From contig MU053588.1 of assembly GCA_013239625.1 (NCBI GenBank), positions 2,180,508 to 2,244,507 on the forward strand: 64,000 bases of DNA, in the 5' to 3' direction. This DNA comes from Lama guanicoe. Taxonomy: Eukaryota. This document shows positions 12,561 through 22,977 of this stretch, in pieces (position 1 is the first letter of the stretch; each line of letters starts with the position of its first letter). Made by a program: the position numbers and the translations under genes. A model generated the notes under the pieces. The model was not told the DNA's origin, did no database searches, and saw only the letters and a list, made by a program, of their open reading frames with translations.

Positions 12561-13981
12561 AGAACTTCTGGTAATGAAGCACTGGGAGCCTGAAGGTAGG
12601 GGTTGGGTGGGGTGGGGTTGAGGCAAGCACCATGGATGTTCACAGGCCCAAGAAGCTGGATCATACTGGCCTGATGAGGAGACGCTCCCATGATACACCA
12701 TCTCTCCTGAGCCCTGGCTCTTACCCCAGAGCCAAAACAGGGCTCTGAGGCCCATACTCACACCTGGAGTCCAGGATGATTCAAATTCCAACTAACACCT
12801 GGCTGCAAGGGTCTCTTCTTCGAATCCTTGTCTATAAAACAGGATCCTAATAATGATCTGACCAGGCACTTACTTACACTATTTCAAAAGATGCTTTTTT
12901 TTGGACAACCCAAGGTCACTGTGGAGATCCAATGAGATGTGCTTCAAGCACAGCTAGGGATGAGGCTGGTGCTTTAGAAGACAGGCAGCAACTACACAGA
13001 GGGGAACTCCAAAGTCAAGGGCCACCCTGAGCCTAAGTCAGAGCTATGGAAGTAGCAGCTACCCTAATACTGTCACTAGCCGGTTAAAAGGAATCATCCA
13101 CACAGGGAACTATATTCAATATCTTGTAATAACCTTTAATTAAAAAAAGAATCATAAAAATGATTCATAACATGTCCATAGTAACTTCTTGAAAATATTA
13201 TCTAAATGAAAACACACAGCTAAAAAAGCAGACAACGCTCAGATGCTATCCTAAAACACATGCTTAACACCCCGCTGCCGCCCCTCCCCCCAGGTTCTTG
13301 AACACAAGTTTGAGAAGCGCAGGGACCCCAGACCTGGGCCCTGCCACCCTCTTCTCTCTTCCATCCCTCTCCCCAGCTCCACCAAAGTGGCCTACTCTCA
13401 TCATGGTATCTCCTGCCCAGGGCCTTTACCCGAGCTGTACCCCTGCCTGGCCCATTCCTTCTGGCATTTCACATCACGGCTTGAATGCCTCACCTCAGGA
13501 GACTTCCCCAAGACCCAGCTAGATCTCTGTTCCCCTATCCAGAGCACTGGTGAGGTAAATGCAAGTCCTCTGTTTCCTCCACTAGACTAGGTGCTGCTCC
13601 CTGGCGTCCAGAACTATGCACAACACACAGCAGATACTCAATACGTTATTTGGTGAAAGAATGGAATATATACAAATGACCAGAAACAGCCAAGGGCTGG
13701 CTCTGGGAGGCATAACCCTCCTCCCTTCCCCTAGCCTCTGGGGAAGGATGGGGCTGGCCAAAGCCAGGGCTCCACAGGCATTGGGGGGTGGAGAGAGGCA
13801 GCCACACCCCATCTCCCAAGCAGGCATCGAATGAACGGATCTAATCTAGTCATTTCTGGGACAACTAAGGCCTACTTTGTGCCAGCTCTATCTAGAAGAG
13901 AAAGCAAAAAAGATTAGAACAACAGTAACCATCTCAGAAACAGTGGCCATGGCACTGCTCAGAGGCAAAAGAGCCAGTCTT

Positions 13982-14129
13982 TTTTTGTGTTGTTTTTTTG
14001 GTGGGGGGAGGCAGTGGGGAGAGGTAATTAGGTTGGTTGGTTTATTTTAATGTAGGCACTAGGGACTGAACCCAGGACCTCGAGCACGCTAGGCAAGCCC
14101 TCTACCACTGAGCTATACTCTCCACTCAG
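13982..14129 (-). mobile_element. tRNA-derived camelid SINE (Vic-1-like)
   Basis: Reverse of tatagctcagtggtagag...cctgggttcagtccc; TSD aagagccagtctt / aagggccagtctt. Confidence 0.85.
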
Positions 14130-14659
14130 AAGGGCCAGTCTTAAAAAGGTAGGCTTGACCCAGATAGAGTTCAAATTTCATGTCTGTCACCTACCAATAT
14201 TTTAACTTTGGTTAAATCCAATAACCCGCCCTGGGCCTTCATTTCCTCGCCTGTGAAATGGGGAGAAGAGCTGCACCGCACTCCCAGCTCGTGGCGGGAC
14301 TGGCGGGAGCAGGCACTAAGCCCCGCGGCGGCGCCTGGCACAGACAGTCCGCTCTGCCAGCTCTCAACCACAACACAGGCTTTCTACACAGCGCTCTGCA
14401 CCTCGGTTTTCTATCCACAAAATGGGGTGATGCTGGCTACCTCACAGGCTGCTGTGTGTCCGAGGGAGTGTGCGCAGGAGGCTCAGTGTCTGGCCAAGCA
14501 GGAGCTCTGCGATGGGCGTGATGGATATTCCCATCCTGTGTCCTCCCCAGCAGGAACCTCCGCTAATCAGCCTGCCACTGCCTCCCTGCCAACCAACAAA
14601 CCCAGGCTGGCTGCATCTAGAGCCCCTTCTCTGCTCTCAGGTGCCCGGCTGACAATCTT

Positions 14660-14683
14660 CAGCAGCAGCAGCAGCAGCAGCAG
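14660..14683 (+). repeat. (CAG)8 trinucleotide repeat in AKT2 intron 1
   Basis: Eight perfect CAG units. Confidence 0.95.
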
Positions 14684-16555
14684 CTCAGATCTGTCGAACA
14701 CCTTCCCTAGAGGCCCCGTGCCAAGCACTTTCTGACACGTTAGCTCCCTACAGCCCCTCTCAGCAGGTATGTTCCCATACCAGCTGAGCAAAAAGCATCT
14801 CAGAGAGATGAAATGAGGCCCCCAGGGTTGCATGGCAACCACGGGAGGAGCCAGGAGCAGGGTTCACACCCAGGTTGGCTGCCCCCAGCCCAGATCACTA
14901 TACAATAACCCAACAGACAATGAACACCTTGAAGCCAGGCTGGAAAGGCCTAGAGAAGTGGGCAAGGGAGTGGCAGCCACCGCAGTCCGTTCAAAAAGGG
15001 CCCACGAGGTGGCAAACCAAGGCAGCCTTGGATTTCTGGCCTCACCCTTAGAAACAACATCTGCGGACGAGCTTCCTGGGCAGGACGGCTGGGCTTGAGG
15101 AACTTTCTGCAGGAACCTCTGACATGTAGTCTCCCCTCAGCCAGCCCCAGCTTGCTGTCCCCTGCTTCCGCACCCAGAGCAGCCAAGTCCTGACGTGGGT
15201 GCAGAGTTGGTGGTGGGTCCTGCCCCCAAGGGGCCAGGCTGAGCTTCCCCTCCACCGCCCCTCCCACCCCTGCTCCCTCACTCCCTCCCTCTCTCCTGGT
15301 CCTGCTCCCAGGGCTGTCTCCCCAAGCTGGGCCTCTTGCTGCTTGGCTGGTTGTCCAGAAGAGCCTGCCACGGAACCACCCTACCGTGCAGCCCAGAGGC
15401 CTGGTGGTTGAGAGCCTTCCACCAAGAGCTCTTGGGAAGTTGAAGAGAGGCCCAAGGAGGGGAGTCCCTGGGTCCCCCAGAGGCTTGGAGATCAACTGCA
15501 AAAGACATTCCTCTCCATCCCCCCATCCCAAGGGATTTCCGGAGGCCAGAGGAGGTTTATTCTGAGCGGTTCCGTTCCTTCCAGGCAGACACCTCAGAAT
15601 GAGCACTAAGTCTTAAGTTCTAGGCTCAGGTATGGGATTAAAAGTCACCCTCACCCATGGTTACCAAGTACCTTCCTGGGCTGGGGGGACTCCATTCTGC
15701 CCAAATTCAGAGCCTGTCAGTGTTGGAAAACCCAGCACAGATTACTGAGACTCTCCAGGCCTCAGTTCTCACCCCTGGTAAGTGGGAATCAGAGCTAATT
15801 CCTCTTCAGCCTAAGGGGTCTACACTCAAGTCCTCCCATGGCTCTTCTTTGCACACCAGTCCCTACCAACGTGTCACCTCCTCCAGGAGGCCCTCCCTGA
15901 TGATCCCAGCTAAAACACAGCATCCCTACTCTCCTTCCCCTGATTTTCATTCATTTTGCCTTTGTAACATCAATCACAACCTGATGTCCTATCATAGGTT
16001 TGTTCGCTGAGTACCTGCCTCCACTAGAAGGTAGGCCCACAAGGCCCAGACTTCCAAGTTCTAGAGCAATGCCAAGAATGTTGCAGGCCTTCAGGCACAT
16101 AAGCTGAGTGGAAGGCAGAATCAGCAAGTGGTTTTTATCAGGTATTATTGCTATTCTGTGCTGTTATCTGATGTTAGCCCAGCTGTTTGGTTGGGAGGGG
16201 TGGACAGAAAATCAGCCCATTGAGCCTCCCCCATCTGTCCCTAAAGGGAACAGCCATGGGCCCTGGGGAACACGGTGTGAAAACCACAGAGCAGGGAGGC
16301 AACTATCAGGCCTTCGCTGTTTCTACAGCAAAGATTCTACTCAAGGGGGAAGTGGGAGGCATGTGAAACTCCCTGACTGGCTCTAAAATCTACCCCCACC
16401 CCAGGAAGACGCCTGAGAACCTCTCTTATGGCAAAAGGCATCTTCTAAAACCCAAATCTGACCAAGCTGCTCCTCTAGATGGTCTACAAGGCTGAGTAAC
16501 TCAGCCCCTGCCGGCCCTCAGCCCCTGGCCTCCCCCCACCCCTTCCATCGTTCGC

Positions 16556-16591
16556 CCTGCCCGGCCACACAGGCCTGCCCGGCCACACAGG
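16556..16591. repeat. 18-bp tandem duplication
   Basis: cctgcccggccacacagg x2, exact. Confidence 0.9.
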
Positions 16592-19500
16592 CCTCCCTGC
16601 AGCCAGTCCCTGCACCTCACCAAGCTCAGTCCTCACTGTGATTTTTGCATTGTGGTTCCCTGCCATGCTCCAAGGCCATTCCTTCTCCTTCAGGTCACCT
16701 TGTCAATCTGGGATCAGTTCAGAGGCCTTCCCAACAGCCGGCCCATCACCTCCCTTCAACCTGCCCCTGTTTATTCACTGGACTTAGGGTTTGTCTCCCT
16801 CAGCTCCACGGGGGTAGGGCCTTTGTCAAGTGCACCGCTGTATCCCCAGCACCTGCAGCAATGCCAGGCATGCAACAGGTGTTCAATAAACGGTGGTAGA
16901 TGAATGAAAACCTTTCCTCAGCTCTGCAGTGTCTACGGGATCAAAGCCACACTTCCTGCCCAGGCTCATGAGGCTCTGGGCAGCCTGGCCCCTGACGCTC
17001 ACGAGCATTTCTGCTACCCTCCCTACTCGAGACCACTCTTCTGCTTCAAAGCCTTCAAAAGGGCTGTTCTCACCTGGGTCCAGGCCGTTACCATCACACC
17101 TGGAGCTATGGTGGAGAGTCAATAAAGTACATATAGGAAAATGGTCTAGTAGTGCCTGAGATCTGGAAAAGGGCTAGAATTTCGACCTTGGGAGGGGCTC
17201 CAGGCAGCAACTACGCGGAAGAGGGAGAGGGCCTGGGGGCTGCATTTGCGGTCTCTCATTATGAATGTCCCCCACCCCTCAAGACTCCAGAGCACTGCCC
17301 CCCCACACCCCCATTTCCTCATCTGGAAAATGGAGATGTCAATTTCAGCCCTGCCCTCAACTTGGTGTTACCTGACAAGGCTCTGTAACCTGGCAAGGGC
17401 CTTTTAAGTCCTAGCAGAAATAATAAGAACTACCATTACTAAGACATCCTGAAGTCTCATCATGTGTCAAGCACTCTGCTTAAATGAGAACAGGAAATGT
17501 TTACTGCAGGCCTGCACAGTTACAAATGTGGTTAATTTCCACAAAGTAACTCATTTAGCCTTCACAATAACTTATCAAGAGGGAATTGTCATCTTCCCAT
17601 GACACAAATGATGAAACAGCTTAGAAGAGTTGAGGAACTTGCTCAAGGTCACACAGGCAGTGAGCTGTAGGGGTGGATTTGAACCCTGTGCTCTGAATCA
17701 CTTCAGCACAGCTCTTTAGCAAGGTTAGAAACCAGGACACCAGTTTCCTGGAGGCTGGCTGGCGGGCTGGATTCCAGGATGCCGGACAGGGCTGAGGGTG
17801 GGGGATGAGGAAGGATAGATGCCCTCGGACTGCCAATTGAGCAGTAGCAAGCACCATTCTAGCAGCTTCTCTTGGACTAACTCATTTAATCCTCACAACA
17901 GCCCAAGATGTGTGCCATTCTGAGCCTACTGCACCAAGGTGAACACTGTGGCCCAAGCCAGGACATGGAAGTACCAGAACTTGCACAAGTGTCCACTACA
18001 TCATCCTTGTACCAGGGACTTCAAACAGTCCCCTGGTAGCTATGTCACCCCCTGCACGTCTCATGTCTTGCCTGCTGTCTCCTCCCAGCTCCCAGCAGAC
18101 ACTCTGCCCTGGGTTAAAAGGTGCCCTGGCTCAACTCTGAGGAGGGACCAAGTTTTATCAGCAAGCCCAGAACTGCTGGACTGGCTGTCGGCAGAGGTGC
18201 TCGATGCAGCCCTAGGCTCCAAGGGTGAGGGGAAGGCAACGCCCCAGGGTTCAGCTGGCAAGGTCCAGGGCAGGAGCTTTGAGGTGACAGAGACCAACAC
18301 CAGCTTGGGACCTGGTGAACAAAGAGTTCAAACTGCAGCCTGGCCCCCTAGGGTCTGACAGACCTAGGACAAAGCAATTCCTCCTCTGAGTCCCAATTTC
18401 TGACCCTGAAAAATGAACAGAAACATCATACCCACCCCTGGATGCCACTCAACCACCATTCTAGTTACAAGTTGAGAAGAGGTTAACTCTGAGGCCAAAC
18501 CAGGCCAGGGGTTCACATTCCAACTCTACCACTTCTGGCTTTAAGATGCGGGCAAATCATTTCATTTCATAGCAAGCATCTCCGTTTCTTCATCTGAAAA
18601 ATGGGTAGCACACTTCTACCTAGCTATAGGAGTCTCAAAAATGGGCAGACCACACCTACCCCAAGGGTGTGTTTTGAGATTTAAATGAGGTCACGTGTGT
18701 AAAAGGCCTGTCATGTGAATGTTCAATAAATGCTGGCTATTCACTAGCTCTGAAATGATTTGCTGCTCTGGGACTCAGTTTCCCCTTCTTAATTGGAGAT
18801 CATGACGACAGTACTCACAGCTCTAGGATGTGCGTATTCAACAAGTTAACCCATAGGAAGTCTTCTGAACAGCATGTGGCACATAGAATGCACTCAATAA
18901 ACATTAGCCATCGATCTCATGATTATTGTTTTTACTGATGGTGTTAACCTCATCAGGCAAACTCGCTAAAAGCTGGCAGACCAGAGGAACAAACCCCTAG
19001 TGCAGAAAAATTCTACAGAGCCACCATGGCCTCACAGAACTCAGGGACCATTCTCTCCAGCAACCACAACCCATGAAAGCCAGTCAGCTTGGAAGCTGAT
19101 GGTGTGGACCCGAAACGACTGTCTGCCCCCTTTGACCACATCACCAGCCCACATTAGCTGGGTCAATCAGGGACTGTGGCCAGCCCTCCAGCAACTCCAG
19201 ACCCAGGGCAAAGGTTACGGAGCAAGCCAAGGTCACAAACTGGCCTGGGGAGCAGGGGTAGTGGCCTCATGTCTGGGGCTAGATGCTCCAAGAACCCACT
19301 CAGTAACCACAATGAGAAACAAGACCCAGGAGGGCTTGGCTTCCCCAAGTCCTTCAGAGCAGCCTTCCTGGGTCAGTGTGGCCCAGGGGCACCCCCAAGT
19401 CCCCTTGGCCTATGCAGAGAGGAACAGCTGGGAAAACAGCACTCAGCCTCACTGCCGCCTAATGGTGAAACCAACTGTTATCGCCTGGTGGGGAGCGTAA

Positions 19501-20623
19501 ACATGACGGGCGCTGGACTGCCAACCAAGGAGACACAAACATGTGTCTGGCCTCATGGCCAGGATGGAGGGGCCCGGGGTGGTGCCTGGCCCTTTCGCAC
19601 CCTCCACCAACCATGATCGGGCCAGGGTTCCTGATGCTTCTGTGAGAGGAGAGTAAACAAGGTTGAAAGGCAGACCATGGAGGACTTAATTATATGCAGG
19701 CCTCTCTCTGAACACAAGCGGCCCCCAAATGAGAGGAAAGGGGTCCTCAAAATCCCAAGGATAAATATGTCCCCAGCCACCCTGTTCTCAGGGAAAGATG
19801 TCCTTCCAAATACTCCTTCCTCCCAAGCCTTAAGCAGGTCCAAGTGCACAGCTCCTCAAAACCAAGTTCGGTATCCCCTCCCCTCCCTAATATGGAGCCG
19901 AAAGCTCAGAAAACTTCAGTGGCTTCTAAGACGTCTCCCCACCCCAAAACCACGGGAAGAATTTACCGCAGAGATGTCCCACACACCTTAAAATAAGGCC
20001 TAATAACATGAAAAGGGTAGACAGCAGTCCGACTGACCACCCAGTTACCCCCAAAGTTCAATAAAGGCTGATTCCGCTCCAGCTCAGAGTAGACCCCCCA
20101 AGCTCCACCCACCAAACACAGGAGACAGAACCCCTCTCCTCATCACAGCGCTCCCAAAGTACTCCCCTGGACCCCCACTTGGGCCTGTCCCCCCGCCCCA
20201 CGCCGTGCCTCAGGATTACAAACATCACAACCCTTCTCCTTTGATACAGCGAGGCTCTACGTTCTAAGGATGGCTCCCCCCCAGGACCTCAGTGGTACAA
20301 CCCAGAGGGCGCTACCCTGGCCACACTTGGTTCAGCTCCCTCCCCAGAAGCCCCCACCTCCCTAAACAAGCTCTAGGAACTGTTTCCACAGCCCCGTATA
20401 GGTACAGCCCCCTACACTTGGTAAGGCGCTCCCCTTCAAAGGCTTAGCTCTCGCACACCAGGCGCGCTCTCCCCTCCCACCCCACTGGCTCAACCCCTAG
20501 CCCGCACACGCTGGGGTCTGCACCCCGAGCCCTTCAGTGGTTCGGCTCCCGCACTTTGATATGCGCCCCCTGCCGCTTCAGTGGTACAGCCCGCCGCCCC
20601 CGCCCCCTCAGGGCCAGTCCTAC

Positions 20624-20659
20624 NNNNNNNNNNNNNNNNNNNNNNNNNNNNNNNNNNNN
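20624..20659. other. Assembly gap (36 N)
   Basis: Run of n within the GC-rich island. Confidence 0.99.
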
Positions 20660-20784
20660 GGGGCTCGAGGGGGACGGTCCCTACCCGGCAGGCACCGGTG
20701 GTACGGCCCAGCGCGGCACTGCGGGGGGTCCGGACGCGACCATCGCGGGGGGGGGCGCTCGGGGACACGCGCTGGCGCACTCAC

Positions 20785-20950
20785 CTGTCACCGGCGGCCG
20801 CCCAGCCTCTCTGGCGGGGTTCTACTCCTGCCCATCGCCACGCTGCGCTTGATCCCGCTCCCTGTGCTTCCTGGCGGCGGCGGCGGCAGAGGCAACAGCG
20901 GCAACGCCTTCGCCAAGCCAGGCCCAACGGCTCGCGCGGAATACCGCCTT
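20785..20950 (-). other. AKT2: AKT2 non-coding exon 1 (TSS approximate)
   Basis: GACAG|GTGAGT consensus donor at 20784 inside a CpG island; (GCC)5 run; resembles the human AKT2 leader as I recall it. Confidence 0.85.
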
Positions 20951-22209
20951 CTCCCGCCACAAACAGGAACTGACGTAAAAGAGCGAGATGGGCTTTGGAG
21001 AGCGCTTAGAGCGCAAGCGCAAGGAAGGGGAGGCGGTGGACTCAGCAGGGCGCCTGCGTACCTTAGGCAAGTTCAAACCGGTGCGGGCAAGGGATGTACC
21101 CCGCGCATGCGCCATACGGAAAGAAGAGATAGGATCGCGCAGGCGCGGTAGGATTCTGACGCCCGCTTTCCCTGGAGGCTAGCCGCCGTGATCTTTCCCG
21201 GCAGCCCCTGGTCCTTATTTACATACGCTTTGATCTCTTTTTACTCTGCTCTCGGCTTTCGTCCCGGTTCAGAGGCTCTTAAAGAGCCCTGGGGCTGCCA
21301 TTAGGAAGGGTTTCTTTCTCATTGTATCCCCTCATATCTAAGCATAGACTCTGAAGCCACACCAACCCAGCTTTACATTTCCTTGCTGGTGACTGTGGGC
21401 AGAAGGCTTGGTTTTCTGTGCCTCTGTAGCCATACCTGCAAAATGGAAGCAAACGTGGCTGCGTAGCTGGGCTGTTGGACGATTTTATATTAACAGAACG
21501 ATTTATATCAATTAGATGTGATATGACTCCAAAATATTAATACCATCTGCTCCTCATATGTCTGCAATTAAATATGGGATATAACTTTTTTACAGGGTAA
21601 CTTGGGCCTTCAAAGGCCTTAAAATCGCCCTGTAAAAAAAGAGCTTTGCATAGATCCTGGCCCGTTTACTAACTAGTGTGTTAGACCTCTGTGAGACATC
21701 TTGCTCCCAGTCCCTTCTCTCTCATAGGTTGGGTGGGGCTCCCCACCTTCTGATATTCCAGTAATGCCACACGGCTTGGCAAGTATGTATTGGTTAGTGC
21801 GTACTTCTAGAAGGTCTGGCTGGGACTTGAAGAACACTGGGTCCACTTAAGTCTCAGGCAAGTCCTGCTCAGGGGTGGTAGTTTCCCGAGAGGTAAGCCT
21901 AACGCTGGAACTAGCCCTTGCTAATGGGTCTCCAGCTTGGAACGCCCAGCTTTGTGTTCCTAATTCCTGGTCCTCCCACATCACAGTGTTGATAACTCTA
22001 ACCAATTCCTTCTCCCCGCCCCACAGCCCTGACCATTTTGGTCTCTCATTGCCTGGTGACAGGTCTGTCTCCTCCACTGCACAGAGAGCCCCAGAAGGGA
22101 AAAACCTAAAACTGTCTCAGTCATCACTGGGTACCTAACACTGCCCAGCAAAAGTCCTGGCACAGAGTGGGCTCTTGAGGAATATCTGCTTCAAGAACTA
22201 GCCTTTCTG

Positions 22210-22910
22210 GAACCCTCCTATACTGCTGGTGGGAATGTAAATTGGTGCAGCCACTATGAAGGACAGTATAGAGGTTCCTTAAAAAACTAAAAACAGACTT
22301 ACCATATGATCCAACAATCCTACTCCTGGGCATATAATCTGAAAAAATTATAATTCGAAAAGACACATGCACCCCAATATTCACAGCAGCACTATTTACA
22401 ATAGCCAAGACGTGGAAGCAAGCTAAATGTCCATAAGTGGATGAATGGATAAAGAGGACATGGTATATATTACTCATCCATAAAAAAGAATAAAATAATG
22501 CCATTTGCAGCAACACAGATGGACATAGAGATTAGCACACTAAGTAAGTCAGACAAAGACAAATATCATATGATGTCGCTTTTATGTGGAATCTTAAAAA
22601 AAATAAAGTTTTATTTACAAACCAGAGATAGACTCACAGACATAGAAAACAAACTGTGGTAACCACGGGAGAAAGGGGAGGGGGATAAATTAGGAGTTTG
22701 GGATTAACAGATACACACTACTATATATAAAACAGATAAACAACAAGGACCTACTGTATAGCACAGGGAGCTATATTCAATTTCTTGTAATGAGCTGTAA
22801 TGGAAAAGAAACTGAAAAAATATGTATGTGTGTATGTATATGTATAACTGAATCACGTTGCTGTACACCTGAAACGTTGTAAATCGACTACACTGCAATA
22901 AAAAGAAAGA
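22210..22910 (+). mobile_element. LINE-1 3' fragment (ORF2 end and 3' UTR)
   Basis: gaaccctcctatactgctggtgggaatgtaaattggtgcagccact...; ends aataaaaagaaaga. Confidence 0.92.

Positions 22911-22912
<2 letters not shown>

Positions 22913-22972
<60 letters not shown>
22913..22972. repeat. (AC)30 microsatellite at the L1 tail
   Basis: 30 perfect AC units. Confidence 0.97.

Positions 22973-22977
<5 letters not shown>

Larger units (their letters stand above)
20450..21200. promoter_or_regulatory. AKT2: AKT2 CpG-island promoter
   Basis: Dense CpG/GC; CRE-like TGACGTAA 20971-20978; NRF1-type GCGCATGCGC 21103-21112, GCGCAGGCGC 21137-21146, GCGCAAGCGC 21011-21020. Confidence 0.88.

Noticed and set aside
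17000..20000. Orthologue of the intronic miRNA annotated in human AKT2 intron 1 (MIR641)
   Set aside because: I could not identify a matching hairpin by eye; a miRBase search would be needed.
21274..21288. GGCTCT-TAA-AGAGCC, resembling a histone 3' stem-loop
   Set aside because: Loop is 3 nt rather than 4 and there is no histone ORF nearby.
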